Counted from the first letter of the stretch, positions 1 through 11,000 are shown. The stretch is DNA of 49,422 nt from a virus (IMGVR_UViG_3300020048_000019:128001-177422); one strand, 5' to 3'. Notes: generated from the letters alone by a model not told the origin. Numbers and translations are program-made.

Positions 1-805
1 CAGCAACGAGCGCAACAACACATTGTTTGTGGTGGCTGATACACCAATGCGTTTGCCACAAGCAGGTAACGATTTGGTAGCTTGGGCAACCAACAACAAC
101 GGACTTGGCCTAGCAACTGAAGATGGCAATTTTGCAACCAGTAACTATGCTGCGGCATTCTATCCAAGTTGTCAGACTACTGACCTAAGTGGTAACTCAG
201 TTGTGGCTCCTCCAAGTCACATGATGGTTCGTACTATTCTGCGCAGTGATGCTGTGAGCTATCCATGGTTAGCGCCAGCTGGTACACGCCGTGGTGTAGT
301 TGATAACGCTACTGCAATTGGTTATATTGATGCAGCAACTGGTGAATTCCAGAGCATCAACGTGAGCCAAAGTATTCGTGATATCTTGTACGAACGTAAC
401 ATCAACCCAATCACCTTTATTCCAGGTGTGGGTATTGTGAACTTTGGTAACAAGACCACGACTACTACTACTACTGCGTTGGATCGTATCAACGTGGCAC
501 GACTGGTTGCGTTCCTGCGTGGACGTCTGGAAGAAGTTGGCAAGTTGTACTTGTTTGAACCCAACGATCAGATCACACGTAATGAAATCACCAACACTTG
601 CAACAGTTTGATGATTGACTTGATTGCTAAACGTGCTATCTATGACTACTTGGTAGTTTGCGACTTGAGCAACAACACACCGGCACGTATCGATAGAAAC
701 GAACTATGGGTCGACATTGCTATTGAACCAGTCAAGGCTGTGGAATTCATCTACATTCCATTGCGCATCAAGAATACTGGTGAGATCTCTGGGCTAGCCG
801 CTTGA
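1..805 (+). CDS. gp18: Tail sheath protein (T4 gp18-like), 5'-truncated by the window edge
   Basis: Sheath C-terminal motifs PWxAPAGxxRG, INPI, GNKT, LDRINVxRL, FEPND and NNTPxxIDRNEL...IxP.K..EFI; the frame is open upstream of 23. Confidence 0.95.
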   Translation, partial: SNERNNTLFVVADTPMRLPQAGNDLVAWATNNNGLGLATEDGNFATSNYAAAFYPSCQTTDLSGNSVVAPPSHMMVRTILRSDAVSYPWLAPAGTRRGVVDNATAIGYIDAATGEFQSINVSQSIRDILYERNINPITFIPGVGIVNFGNKTTTTTTTALDRINVARLVAFLRGRLEEVGKLYLFEPNDQITRNEITNTCNSLMIDLIAKRAIYDYLVVCDLSNNTPARIDRNELWVDIAIEPVKAVEFIYIPLRIKNTGEISGLAA

Positions 806-840
806 TGAAACAAGGGGTCAAAATACTGACCCCCGTTTCA
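806..840 (+). other. Intergenic stem-loop after the sheath gene (mRNA stabiliser, terminator or processing site)
   Basis: TGAAAC..GGGGTCA-AAATAC-TGACCCC.GTTTCA inverted repeat; no clear U-tract. Confidence 0.6.
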
Positions 841-842
841 GG

Positions 843-848
843 TAAATA
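843..848 (+). promoter_or_regulatory. T4-like late promoter core TAAATA
   Basis: TAAATA upstream of a GGAG SD and the tube ATG at 869; the motif recurs before many genes. Confidence 0.6.
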
Positions 849-868
849 AACATATAGGAGATACACAA

Positions 869-1501
869 ATGGCAGTTTCATCACTACAACGCATGACAGT
901 ACCCTTGGCGAGCGATCAAAGCGCATCGACCCAAGGCTTGTTGATGCCAAAACTCAAATATCGCTTTAGAGTGATGTTTGAAAATATTGGGGTTTCAAAG
1001 CCCACTACAGAATTGACCAAACAAGTTGTCAGCATTGGACGTCCAAATTTGACATTTGAAGAAATCACATTGCCGGTTTACAACTCAACATTGAAGTTGG
1101 CAGGCCGTCATTCTTGGGCTGACATCACTTGCTCAGTACGCGACGATGCCTCGGGATCTGTTGCCAAGCTGATTGGCGAGCAGTTGCAAAAGCAAATGGA
1201 CTTCTTGGAAATGGCTTCTGCCAGTTCGGGCATTGACTACAAGTTTTTGACCAAAATTGAAATTCTAGACGGCGGCAACGGGGCTACTACACCGGTAGTG
1301 CTAGAAGCTTGGGACCTGTACGGATGCTACATCAAAGGCGCCAACTATGGTGACTTGAACTATGGCACAAACGAAGCAGCTACAGTGGAAATGACTATTG
1401 CATATGACAATGCAAGCCAGAGTCCAGTGGGTGTTGGTGTTGGAGTCAGCGTGGGTCGTACAGTAGCAGGTGCTGTAACAGGCGCAGGCTCCGGCCAGTA
1501 A
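869..1501 (+). CDS. gp19: Tail tube protein (T4 gp19-like)
   Basis: Directly follows the sheath gene; tube motifs (KLAGRxxWxxITxxxRDD, WxLxGxYI...YGDLNY...IxYD). Confidence 0.85.
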   Translation: MAVSSLQRMTVPLASDQSASTQGLLMPKLKYRFRVMFENIGVSKPTTELTKQVVSIGRPNLTFEEITLPVYNSTLKLAGRHSWADITCSVRDDASGSVAKLIGEQLQKQMDFLEMASASSGIDYKFLTKIEILDGGNGATTPVVLEAWDLYGCYIKGANYGDLNYGTNEAATVEMTIAYDNASQSPVGVGVGVSVGRTVAGAVTGAGSGQ

Positions 1502-1513
1502 AGGTAGGCAGTA

Positions 1514-2659
1514 ATGCCAACTTTTGGTCAGGACTTCCTCAAAGGATTCACTACCTCTGAATACTTGCGTGATTACACTCACGCAAGTAAGACGTTTACA
1601 TCAAACGCATACGAACTTAAACCTCGGTTCAAGTTCCTTTTTCACGTGAGCTTCACACTCAACTATAAAGATATTCCAGGATTGTCAGCCTCCATGGGAC
1701 AAGATGATATCACCAACTTGAGTTATCTTGTTAAAACTGTGGACTTGCCCAAGTATAGCATCGACACACATACACTGAACCAGTACAACCGCAAGCGTGT
1801 GGTGCAGACAAAGATCAACTATGATCCTGTTACTATTGCGTTTCACGATGACGGTGGCGATGTCATGCGAAACATGTGGTACAATTATTACAGCTACTAC
1901 TACAAAGATCCAACACAGCAGTATCTAGCTCCTAACAACAACAACGGAAGCCAAGGTGCTAGCCAAAACCAAACAACTGGATTTGCGTACACCGCTAGAG
2001 ATATCTACAATGATGAGCGTACTGGCAATGTCAGCGACTGGGGCATGATTGGCGAAAGCGGCGGCGATGGTAACACTGGTAAATTTAATGCTAGCGGTAA
2101 GCCGCCATTCTTTCGTGACATCACAATCTACGGCATGGATCAACATAAGTTTGCACAATACGTGCTGATCAACCCGCTGATCACAAACTTCAGTCATGAT
2201 CAGTACAGCTACAGCGAAGGCGGTGGCACAATGACCAACTCAATGACACTGGCTTACGAAACTGTCAAGTACTACACTGGTGCAGTTGGAAATCAACGCC
2301 CTGACACTAACGTGGTAGGTTTTGCTGATCCTGCTCATTATGATACTACGCTGAGTCCTATTTCGCGCCCAGGCAGCAATTCCACAATCATGGGCCAAGG
2401 CGGATTGTTGGACGCAGGTGCGGGTATTTTGCAAGACTTACAAAGTGGTGGCCTGTTGGGCGCAATTGGCGCCGTACAAAAAGCTGGTGCAGTGAAGAAT
2501 ACATTCAAAGGCAAGAACCTGGCCAGCATTGCCAAAAGCGAAACAGTTGCTCTTGGTACACAAGTTGTGATAGGTTCTATCCCTGGTGCAGTTAGATCTT
2601 TACCAGGACGCGGTAACGGTGCATATTTCCCAACCCTTCAAAGTCCAAAAACTAATTAA
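1514..2659 (+). CDS. Tube-fold baseplate/tube initiator protein (gp48/gp54-like)
   Basis: Tube-like N-terminal segment (VDLPK...YDPVTIxFHDD; LINP.IT...YE) plus a Gly-rich tail; adjacent to the tube gene. Confidence 0.55.
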   Translation: MPTFGQDFLKGFTTSEYLRDYTHASKTFTSNAYELKPRFKFLFHVSFTLNYKDIPGLSASMGQDDITNLSYLVKTVDLPKYSIDTHTLNQYNRKRVVQTKINYDPVTIAFHDDGGDVMRNMWYNYYSYYYKDPTQQYLAPNNNNGSQGASQNQTTGFAYTARDIYNDERTGNVSDWGMIGESGGDGNTGKFNASGKPPFFRDITIYGMDQHKFAQYVLINPLITNFSHDQYSYSEGGGTMTNSMTLAYETVKYYTGAVGNQRPDTNVVGFADPAHYDTTLSPISRPGSNSTIMGQGGLLDAGAGILQDLQSGGLLGAIGAVQKAGAVKNTFKGKNLASIAKSETVALGTQVVIGSIPGAVRSLPGRGNGAYFPTLQSPKTN

Positions 2660-2662
2660 GTT

Positions 2663-3022
2663 ATGAGCAGCATAAACTACACCAATCCCAATCTTGACCT
2701 TACGGTAAGAGTATTTGACAGCTTCTACGAGTATGATGTCAATGTCCCTGCCAATGAGTATGACATTGTTTATAGCTATTTCAAATCAGTAATGACCACT
2801 CCATCAGCTGCTGGTAATTTTACCGTGAGTTTATTTCGTGTGGCCCAAGAAACTGGAATACCAGCCTTGACATTGTTGCAATCGTTTGAAGGCCAACAGG
2901 GAATCAATCTCAATGTGAACTTGGCCTATTATCTCAACAGCATTAGGAACAATGCCACGTTATTGGGAGTCGGAGTGCCTTATACTCCCAATTACTATGC
3001 TGCTAGAAACGTAGTACAATGA
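2663..3022 (+). CDS. Hypothetical (likely virion structural) protein
   Basis: 119-aa ORF in the structural operon; stop overlaps the next start (ATGA). Confidence 0.6.
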   Translation: MSSINYTNPNLDLTVRVFDSFYEYDVNVPANEYDIVYSYFKSVMTTPSAAGNFTVSLFRVAQETGIPALTLLQSFEGQQGINLNVNLAYYLNSIRNNATLLGVGVPYTPNYYAARNVVQ

Positions 3023-3450
3023 GCAACTGGGCTCAAGGACAATACGTTGTTCAAAACCCTCAAAAGTATGTGGGCACAAGAGCTCCTAGATACAGATCAG
3101 GCTGGGAACTCAGCTTTATGAGATTTTGTGATTCCAATGATAGTATCTTGCAATGGGCGTCAGAGTCTATTCAAATTCCATATCGTCATCCCTTGACTGG
3201 CAAACAGACCATATACGTGCCTGATTTTTTGATCACATATAGAACCAAAAACAATACCATGCGTGCCGAGCTGATCGAAATCAAGCCCAAAGGCCAAAGT
3301 GTAATTTTGGAAAAAATGAAAAGTCGAGAACGTGCTGTGGTTGCGATCAACTATGCCAAATGGGCAGCAGCACAAAAATGGTGTCAACGGCAAGGCATAC
3401 ATTTCAGGGTCATAACCGAGGATCAAATGTTCCACAACGGTCGACCTTGA
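3019..3450 (+). CDS. gp4: Head completion nuclease (T4 gp4-like, TnsA-type PD-(D/E)xK)
   Basis: YRSxWE..FM..CD, W.SE...IPY, Y.PDF, EIKP, N.AKW.AA, F..ITE motifs. Confidence 0.9.
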   Translation: MSNWAQGQYVVQNPQKYVGTRAPRYRSGWELSFMRFCDSNDSILQWASESIQIPYRHPLTGKQTIYVPDFLITYRTKNNTMRAELIEIKPKGQSVILEKMKSRERAVVAINYAKWAAAQKWCQRQGIHFRVITEDQMFHNGRP

Positions 3451-3455
3451 CACCA

Positions 3456-3461
3456 TAAATA
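3456..3461 (+). promoter_or_regulatory. Late promoter core TAAATA, 4 nt before the ATG
   Basis: CATAAATA-TGGC-ATG(3466). Confidence 0.55.
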
Positions 3462-3465
3462 TGGC

Positions 3466-3975
3466 ATGACTCGTAAACTAGAACAACTGTTTGATCTTCC
3501 ACATACTCAGGAAGAAGTTGATATTGCCCACCCCAATCTTCCTACAAATCGCGAAACTCTTGCAGCAATTGACCTTGCTATCGACAAGATTGACCATGCA
3601 CTTCCTGCTGTGCGCGGCCTAGAATCTACAGACACTGAAATGGATGAGCTAGCTGGTCTAGCAACCAGCAGCTACAAGGATCTAATGGATCTCGGCATGC
3701 AAGTGGACAGTCGTTTTGCTAGCGAAATCTTTAGTGTTGCTAGCAACATGTTAGGCCATGCTATCACAGCAAAAACGGCCAAGCTGGACAAAAAGCTCAA
3801 GATGATTGATTTGCAAATGAAAAAAATGCGACTAGATCAACAACAAGCTGCAATAGATGCCAAAGCAGAACCTGAAGAAGGCGCTGTACAACAAGGCACA
3901 GGCATGGTTCTAAGTCGCAATGATCTTTTGCAACGTATTATTGACGGTAACAAGCAAAACGACACAAAAGAATAA
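3466..3975 (+). CDS. Helical protein, possible terminase small subunit
   Basis: 169-aa coiled-coil protein with a C-terminal SRNDLL motif; size and character fit a small terminase, but it is not adjacent to the large subunit. Confidence 0.4.
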   Translation: MTRKLEQLFDLPHTQEEVDIAHPNLPTNRETLAAIDLAIDKIDHALPAVRGLESTDTEMDELAGLATSSYKDLMDLGMQVDSRFASEIFSVASNMLGHAITAKTAKLDKKLKMIDLQMKKMRLDQQQAAIDAKAEPEEGAVQQGTGMVLSRNDLLQRIIDGNKQNDTKE

Positions 3976-3996
3976 ATATACAACAGGATATCCAAC

Positions 3997-4605
3997 ATGA
4001 AACCATTTGCCAAATACCTAGCTGAAAGCGAACGTACATACAACTACCGTATTAAAGTAGTTGGAGATGTGCCCGCTGGATTCTTCAAAGCGCTAAAAGA
4101 CAAGATGTCGCAGTTTGACATTGTCAAAATGAGTGATGCTAAAACTACTCCGGTGCGCAAAGTCATTCCCGACTTTCCAGCTTTTCCCAATCAAAGCATG
4201 AACATAGCAGACGTTGAGCTTCGCTATCCAGCCGTGGAACCACAGATCAAACAACTAGCGCAATTGATAGGCATCGACCCCAATCGAATTATCATGGCAA
4301 CTATTCCCTATGAAGAAAGTCTTGATGACGAAAGCACCAAGATTACGGATGAGAACAAAGATTTGTTGAAAGACACAAACTATCCTGCCCCCGATGCCAA
4401 GCAAAAGGGACTGAGCAAAGATTATTCAGCAGAACCACACAATCATGTGGTGCTGAAAAATGCATACCGAAGTGATTTCACTGTGGCTGGCGGTAAGACT
4501 CCAGCAGCTAAAACTACAAATGATCTGCCAATGGGAAGCAAAAGCCCAATGACCAGTATCAAGCGTCCCGCAAAGCCAGCCACTGGCGCAAACCCTAGAG
4601 GATAA
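3997..4605 (+). CDS. Putative internal head/core protein
   Basis: TAAATA at 3973 and an AGGA SD; N-terminus MKPFAKYLAE resembles the T4 capsid-targeting sequence. Confidence 0.5.
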   Translation: MKPFAKYLAESERTYNYRIKVVGDVPAGFFKALKDKMSQFDIVKMSDAKTTPVRKVIPDFPAFPNQSMNIADVELRYPAVEPQIKQLAQLIGIDPNRIIMATIPYEESLDDESTKITDENKDLLKDTNYPAPDAKQKGLSKDYSAEPHNHVVLKNAYRSDFTVAGGKTPAAKTTNDLPMGSKSPMTSIKRPAKPATGANPRG

Positions 4606-4610
4606 ACCAA

Positions 4611-6377
4611 ATGACATTTTTCTATAACTTAAACCAAAAGCTGGATAGTATTCGCGAGAAGCCGGCAACTACACACAAACAGCTTACCGAGCGTGCCAAC
4701 AAATCAGTTGAAGAAGGCCTTGGCGACATGGCTCGCAAAGTTGGCGGCGCCGCAAAGCGAGTAGCTGGCAAAGCTCTTGATACCATGGGTCATGGTAGCG
4801 ATGCTGACATGATTCGTGACTTGCAAAAGAAAATGGGCGTGCCACAAACTGGCCAGAAGCCAGGTAGCGAGCCAAATCCCAAAGTTGTTAAAGAAAAAAT
4901 GAGTCCTGGCAAGGCCAAGAGCTTTGCTGCTCTGGCTCCTCCTACAGACAAAATCACTTTCGCTGACAAAATTGCCGGTGCCAAGAAAGAAGTTGACGAA
5001 ATGCTAGGCGACGTTGCTGCTGATGCAATGAAGAAAGCACTAGGCGGCGGCAAAGGCCGCAATGCTGAAATGGAAGAAGCCAGCGACGACAATGCATTTA
5101 CTGCACACAAGCGTCCCCGAATAGAAAAGCCAGCTGTGGGCACAATCACTCATGGTCGCAAACATGATGTAGAAGAAATCCCTGGTGGTCGTAGAGTTAC
5201 TCGTAGAGTTGATCCGAGTGGTATCAGTGTTGGTGCCGACGACGAAACAGCACAAAGCGGTGAAAAGCGCAAAGCTGGCCGGCCAAAGAAAGCCGGGGGC
5301 CCTGCACAAGAACGTATAACTGCCAAGAGCCGTAAAGTTGATCGTACCACATTCCAAAGCAAGAAAAAAACTAATGAAGACGACGACGAGTCGTCAGAAT
5401 TGCAAGCCGCTATGGCCATGCTAAAGAAAGCTGGTTACAAGATCAGCAAGTCTAATGATGGAACAGAACAAGTGGATGAAAAAGCTGTAAGCAAAAAGCA
5501 ACAAAAGTTCATGGGCATGGTCCATGCTGCACAAAAAGGTGAAAAGCCTGCCAGCAAAGAAGTTGCTAAAGTAGCTAAAGAAATGCCCAAAAAAGCAGCC
5601 AAAGACTTTGCTAGCACCAAGCACAAAGGCCTGCCAGAAAAAGCCAAATCAGACAGCACTCCAAAGAAAAAAGAAAAAACTGAAGAAGCTGGCGGTTCAG
5701 GAACGCCAACTGCCAGCAGTGGCTTCAGCTACGGCAAAGGTATCTATGATAGCCTGAATCGCGACTTGGAAAACATGATCAAAGAAAACATGCAAGACCT
5801 GCGCGAAAGCATGAGCATGAACATGAGCATGAATGATGATGCTCACGGTGGTCCGGGCAAGAGCTTGACAGTTACAGCTACTGATGAAGATGCAGTGTAC
5901 CTGGGTAAACTGTTGAAGATGGCAGGCCTTGGTCAAGGTGACTCGGGCAGCAGTTGCGGTTGCGGCCAAGCTGATTGCAGTTGCGGCCAAGAAGAAGAAA
6001 TGGAAGAAGCATACGGTGATACCAACGCTACTCCAAACTCTCCTGATTATCCAACCAATACTGAAACCAGCAGCGATCCGTTTCAGTACAGTGGTGGCCT
6101 GAACAAGCCAAAGTCGACTGGTCAAACCACAGTTCCTGTTATCGCTAGCCAAGACGAGCGTCAAGAAAGCTATGCCGAAGAAGAAGAAGATGCTATCAAG
6201 CGCATGATGGAAATGGCTGGCCTGTCAGAGACCAAGGGCAAAAAGCCTGACTTCTTGGACTTGGACAAAGACGGTGACAAAGCAGAGCCGTTCAAGAAAG
6301 CTGTCAAGGACAAAGAAGAAGTTGACGAAAGCATTTTTGCAATGACTGCAAAACTGTGGAAAACATACAAAGGTTAA
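4611..6377 (+). CDS. Highly charged, low-complexity putative prohead core/internal protein
   Basis: 588 aa, K/E-rich; AT-hook-like AGRPKK, DUF3008-like segment (AVSKKQQKFMG...DFASTKHKGLPE) and a DxDxDG loop. Confidence 0.55.
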   Translation: MTFFYNLNQKLDSIREKPATTHKQLTERANKSVEEGLGDMARKVGGAAKRVAGKALDTMGHGSDADMIRDLQKKMGVPQTGQKPGSEPNPKVVKEKMSPGKAKSFAALAPPTDKITFADKIAGAKKEVDEMLGDVAADAMKKALGGGKGRNAEMEEASDDNAFTAHKRPRIEKPAVGTITHGRKHDVEEIPGGRRVTRRVDPSGISVGADDETAQSGEKRKAGRPKKAGGPAQERITAKSRKVDRTTFQSKKKTNEDDDESSELQAAMAMLKKAGYKISKSNDGTEQVDEKAVSKKQQKFMGMVHAAQKGEKPASKEVAKVAKEMPKKAAKDFASTKHKGLPEKAKSDSTPKKKEKTEEAGGSGTPTASSGFSYGKGIYDSLNRDLENMIKENMQDLRESMSMNMSMNDDAHGGPGKSLTVTATDEDAVYLGKLLKMAGLGQGDSGSSCGCGQADCSCGQEEEMEEAYGDTNATPNSPDYPTNTETSSDPFQYSGGLNKPKSTGQTTVPVIASQDERQESYAEEEEDAIKRMMEMAGLSETKGKKPDFLDLDKDGDKAEPFKKAVKDKEEVDESIFAMTAKLWKTYKG

Positions 6378-6379
6378 TC

Positions 6380-6550
6380 ATGTCATACAAGCCCTACAAC
6401 GAAAACTTAACTACTCCTACTCAGCAGAACCCACATAGTCCTGCTAGTTCAGGATACCGTCAACAACCGGTAGAGCTGCCTGGCGTGCTAGATCAAACAC
6501 GTCAGTTGTTTCAACCAGTTATTGCTATTCCACCTGAAGGCAACAAGTAA
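6380..6550 (+). CDS. Small hypothetical protein
   Basis: ATG 6380 follows the previous stop; its stop overlaps the next ATG (TAATG). Confidence 0.5.
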   Translation: MSYKPYNENLTTPTQQNPHSPASSGYRQQPVELPGVLDQTRQLFQPVIAIPPEGNK

Positions 6551-6876
6551 TGTCACAAGCAAATGTCTATAGTGCTGCATCAGCGCAGGCCTGGTATACA
6601 GACAAGGCTAGAATCAGTACCGGTACTAATACTGTTACGTTTCAAGTTGAAGCTGTCCAGTTAACATACAAAACTACCAATGGCAATGTTGCCAATGCAG
6701 GCACTGTAGTTGGTAATATCTACAGCAATGCTGTGGTGGTACCAGCCAACTCCAGCCGCGATATCTATGTTGGTGTTGGTAATAAACTCACAATTGTTGG
6801 CGGCAATGCTACTATTCAAGAACTTGGTACAGCCAGTTCTGCTCAAGCTGGTTCAAATGGCGTGGGCAATGGCTAA
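6550..6876 (+). CDS. Small beta-rich virion (decoration-like) protein
   Basis: 108 aa, T/V/G/N-rich; translationally coupled on both sides. Confidence 0.5.
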   Translation: MSQANVYSAASAQAWYTDKARISTGTNTVTFQVEAVQLTYKTTNGNVANAGTVVGNIYSNAVVVPANSSRDIYVGVGNKLTIVGGNATIQELGTASSAQAGSNGVGNG

Positions 6877-7241
6877 TGAGAGCACGTGAGTTTATTGCTG
6901 AACGAGATGGAAAAATAGGCACACGCAAGCAAGCCGCTACAGTGGGCCTAAACACGTTTGGTGATTCTGAACGCACCAACAGCGATTATACTCTCAATCG
7001 TGTAATGATGGCAGTGGCCTGTGCTGATGGATCAACTGATACTATAGATATGGATGCCAAAAGCTGGATAGGTAAGAAGCGTGCAGCTTTCCCTTATACT
7101 CGAGTTGAACAAGACATGCTCAAGCAAGCCTACAAGGCCGCAGGCGCTGATTACGATGACTTGAACAATGGCGATCTTGACTCAGAAGAACATCCTGCAG
7201 TGAACACTGCTAGCCCAGTCAAGGGATTTAAAGGATACTGA
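6876..7241 (+). CDS. Putative internal head protein (MRAREF family, paralogue 1)
   Basis: N-terminus MRAREFIAE; C-terminus SPVKGFKGY. Confidence 0.6.
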   Translation: MRAREFIAERDGKIGTRKQAATVGLNTFGDSERTNSDYTLNRVMMAVACADGSTDTIDMDAKSWIGKKRAAFPYTRVEQDMLKQAYKAAGADYDDLNNGDLDSEEHPAVNTASPVKGFKGY

Positions 7242-7627
7242 TGCGAGCACGCGAATTCATTCGCGAACAACGCGAACTGCCTGATGAAACCAAAGAGCCC
7301 ATGCGTTATACGTACACGTTGCCAGGCCTAAGTTCATCAGATCCTTACAAGTCATATCGTATGGGCGTAGCTATTGCACGAGCCCGAAGTGAATATCGCA
7401 AAGATGACATAAACCCACACATGCCTGAATGGACCGCCGAAACTGCTTTTGGCGAACATGCAGTTGTTGCAGGTTTTAATTCAGGCATTGCTCAAGTAAT
7501 TGATGCAGCCCTGGCAATGACCAATACGCCTGGTGGCAAAAAATTGGTTAGTACACCAGCAAGTGACGAGCCCAGTTTTGTGATAACACAAAGCCCTGTC
7601 ATTGCATTCAAGGGTTATGGTAAATAA
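7241..7627 (+). CDS. Putative internal head protein (MRAREF family, paralogue 2)
   Basis: N-terminus MRAREFIRE; C-terminus SPVIAFKGY. Confidence 0.6.
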   Translation: MRAREFIREQRELPDETKEPMRYTYTLPGLSSSDPYKSYRMGVAIARARSEYRKDDINPHMPEWTAETAFGEHAVVAGFNSGIAQVIDAALAMTNTPGGKKLVSTPASDEPSFVITQSPVIAFKGYGK

Positions 7628-7643
7628 TCCAAAGGAAGAATAT

Positions 7644-8027
7644 ATGAAAATTTCTGAACTACTCCGATCACTAGTAGACATGGTCGATCGTGCTGAACTG
7701 GTACACGAAGTGCCTCGTGCCCGCAACGACCTGGGAAATTTTAGCAATCCTGAAGAAATTAAAGTTAGTAATAACACAGAAGATCCCGAAGATTTGTTTC
7801 TACCGCCATTGCAAATGAAAATGGAATTGTTGAAAAAAGCTGTGGGTGTGGAAAATGTCTATGATGACGGGTCGGACGCCGACCGGGAAGAATCAGGCGA
7901 AGTGGGCAGTCCTGAAACGCAAAAAGATTCTGGCTTTGAATCAGAGTTAGCAAAAATGAAAAAGGCAGCAGGTCTTAACGCAGTAGTAGTTGCTGAATTA
8001 GACGACGACGAACCGCTGGAAAGTTAA
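7644..8027 (+). CDS. Acidic hypothetical protein with a PLQxxxELxK motif
   Basis: TAAATA at 7621, AAGGA SD, ATG 7644 (MKISELL). Confidence 0.6.
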   Translation: MKISELLRSLVDMVDRAELVHEVPRARNDLGNFSNPEEIKVSNNTEDPEDLFLPPLQMKMELLKKAVGVENVYDDGSDADREESGEVGSPETQKDSGFESELAKMKKAAGLNAVVVAELDDDEPLES

Positions 8028-8037
8028 GGAGTCTGCA

Positions 8038-11000
8038 ATGAGTTTCATTCAGAATCTTTTTACCAGCAGAGACAACAGTGCCAATACAGAAACGTATGTA
8101 GGGCAACAAGGCCGTATTTGGTGGAATCCCGACACCAATGCATTTTACTACAGTGATGGCTCTACACCAGGCGGCGTAGTGATCACTGGCGGATCATCGG
8201 GCAACGGCGTGCCTGGTGGTACAACCAACAGTGTGCAATACAATGCCGGCGGCGGCACGTTTGGCGGATCCAGTGCATTCACATATAGTGGCACCACACT
8301 AACTATTACTGGCAATGTTGCACCTGGCAACATACTGACCAACAACTATCTTTATGCCAATGGAGTGTCAATTTTTGGCAATACTCCGTTTGCGGGCAAC
8401 ACAACTTTCGCCAACATCAGTGTAACCGGAACTGCCAATCTTGGCAATTTCACAATTAATGATCAAACATTGTCTGGCACCGTAAGTGGTCGTGACGTGA
8501 CCATTGCAACAGTAGGCACGGCCAACGTTGAAATACTGGGCGCATTTCATGTACACAGTGCTGGAAATGTTGAATCTGATCCAGAATTTGTAATAGCTCA
8601 AGACGGCCAAGCAACGTTTTTTGTTCCAGTAATAGACAGCTCGGCTGGCGCAGTTGAAATCATTGGCTCAACCAGTGGTGTTGTGGTGCCCTTGGGCAAC
8701 CCTGGTGGGATGTTGCATGTTACTGGACAAAACAACGAGGCCAGTAGAGTATACAATGATGGTGTCAACAACTATCCAGTGTACATAGGGCGCCGTTTCA
8801 ACGGTACTTCGGCAGCACCTACTGGAGTACTAGGCGGCCAAACTATTAATCGAATAGCTGCAAATCCTTATCTTACTGATACTGCTGGGTTTCCTACTCT
8901 TGGTACAGCACGAATTGATTTTGTGGCCACTCAGGATCAAACCACCACAGCTCAAGGCAGTCGTATTGTTCTGAGTGTGACACCCACAGGATCCAATGTT
9001 CAAGCAACTGTAGCCAGTTTTGACACCAGTGGTATCGAGCTGACTGGTAATTTGTTGCCGCTTACAGACAATATCTACAGCTTGGGCAATGTATCTCGAC
9101 GCTGGATTGGTGCATACTTTGGCAACGCTGGTATTTACATTCAAGATGAAACACTGGGAACCACTGGGTCCTTGAGTCTAGACAACGGCATCATGCTCAT
9201 GGATGGCAATATTGATGGCCTGCAGATTGGCTCGGGAAATTCTATACAGTTGACCACAGATGGTATCACAGTTTCTAACTCGGCTCTAGACATCAATCTC
9301 GGCACAGTCGGCGACACAGGCAACACACACATACTCAATGCTGGTATTAAATTTACCGATGGCACAGTTCAGAGCACCGCAGCTATTCCCCTGATCCAGA
9401 AAGGTGCTGCACTTGGTGTGGTGCCGCTGAATGCAGCAACCAAGATTGATTCAATCTATTTGCCATCGGGTGGCCCTGTTTATAAAGGCACCTGGAATGC
9501 TCTTACCAATACCCCTACCTTGGCAGATGGAACAGGTACAGCTGGTGATTTGTATATTGTATCAGTGGCTGGCACACAAAATCTTGGCAGCGGCTCAATT
9601 ACATTTGCCATCGGTGACGAAGTAGTATACAACGGCACAATCTGGCAGCGAGTAGCTGCTGGTGCTATAGGAGTAACCAGTTTCAACACTCGCACAGGAG
9701 CAGTAACGCTGACCAGTGCGGATGTAACTACTGCACTCAGCAACGGTGCAATTGTCAACAGCAAACTGGCCAACTCAAATGTCACAATCAACACTGGCAT
9801 AGGCCTGGCGGGTGGCGGCACAGTTGCACTAGGTGGTACACTGACTCTGACTGCTACAGGAATTTTGAATGTACTAGGCGGCACCGGAGTTACTGTAACC
9901 ACTGCTGACAACAATGCCACAGTCAGTATTGGCCAGCCTGTGGGCACATCCAACTCAGTGTCATTCTTGTCAGTGACATCAAACACCACAGTACAAGCAA
10001 CTGGCAACATCACAGGTGGTAATATTGCCACAGCTGGTCGAATTGTGGCCACTGGTAATGTCAATGCCAACAACTTTATCACCTCCACTGGCACCGTAGT
10101 CAACAATGGTTTGTTCACAACTGCCAACGTGGTTGGTGGCAATTTAGCAATCACTGGTGTAGCATCAGTGACTGGCAATATCACAGGTGGCAACATCAAC
10201 ACAGTTGGCAGAGTGTCAGTAACTGGTAATGTGATTGGCGGAAACTTGGTGGGACAAAATCTCACACCCACTAGAGTCACTTTTGTAGGGTCAGGCAAAG
10301 AAATTGACGATGACGCAGAATTTACCTATGATGATGTGACCAACACTTTGAGTGTGGGCAACATATCTGCCACGGGCAATGTTACTGCTGCTTATTTCTT
10401 GGGCAACGGAACTCAACTGACTGGTGTGTCTACCCTGGGATTTAGCACAGTCAGTGCCAATGGCACTAGCTTGGTGGCAGATTCTGCTGCCGACACACTG
10501 ACATTTGCATCTGGCAACAACTTGGTATTAACTGGCAACGCTACCACAGACACTGCTACATTTGCCGTCAGTGATTCTCCAACATTTATCGGCAATGTTA
10601 CTGCTGCTTATTTTATTGGTAACGGTTCGGCACTGACCAGTGTGGTTGGTGGCAGCAAATACTTTGGCAGTTTCCTTAGCAGTACCACACAAACCAATAC
10701 TGTGCCAGGCAATGCCTTGCCCATGACACTGGACACTGCTGACAGCTGGAACAATGGTGTAAGTCTTGGCGGACCTGCACCAAACAGTCATGTTGTTATG
10801 GCCAATCCTGGCATTTACAATATTCAGTTTTCAGCTCAGTTGGACAAGACTGATGCTGGAACAGACGTAATAGATATCTGGCTCAGTCAAGATGGTGTAA
10901 ATGTTCCCAATACCAATACCACAGTAACATTAACTGGCAACGACAACAAGGTGGTAGCCGCCTGGAACTTTTTAGTACAAACCACAACAGCCAACAGTTA

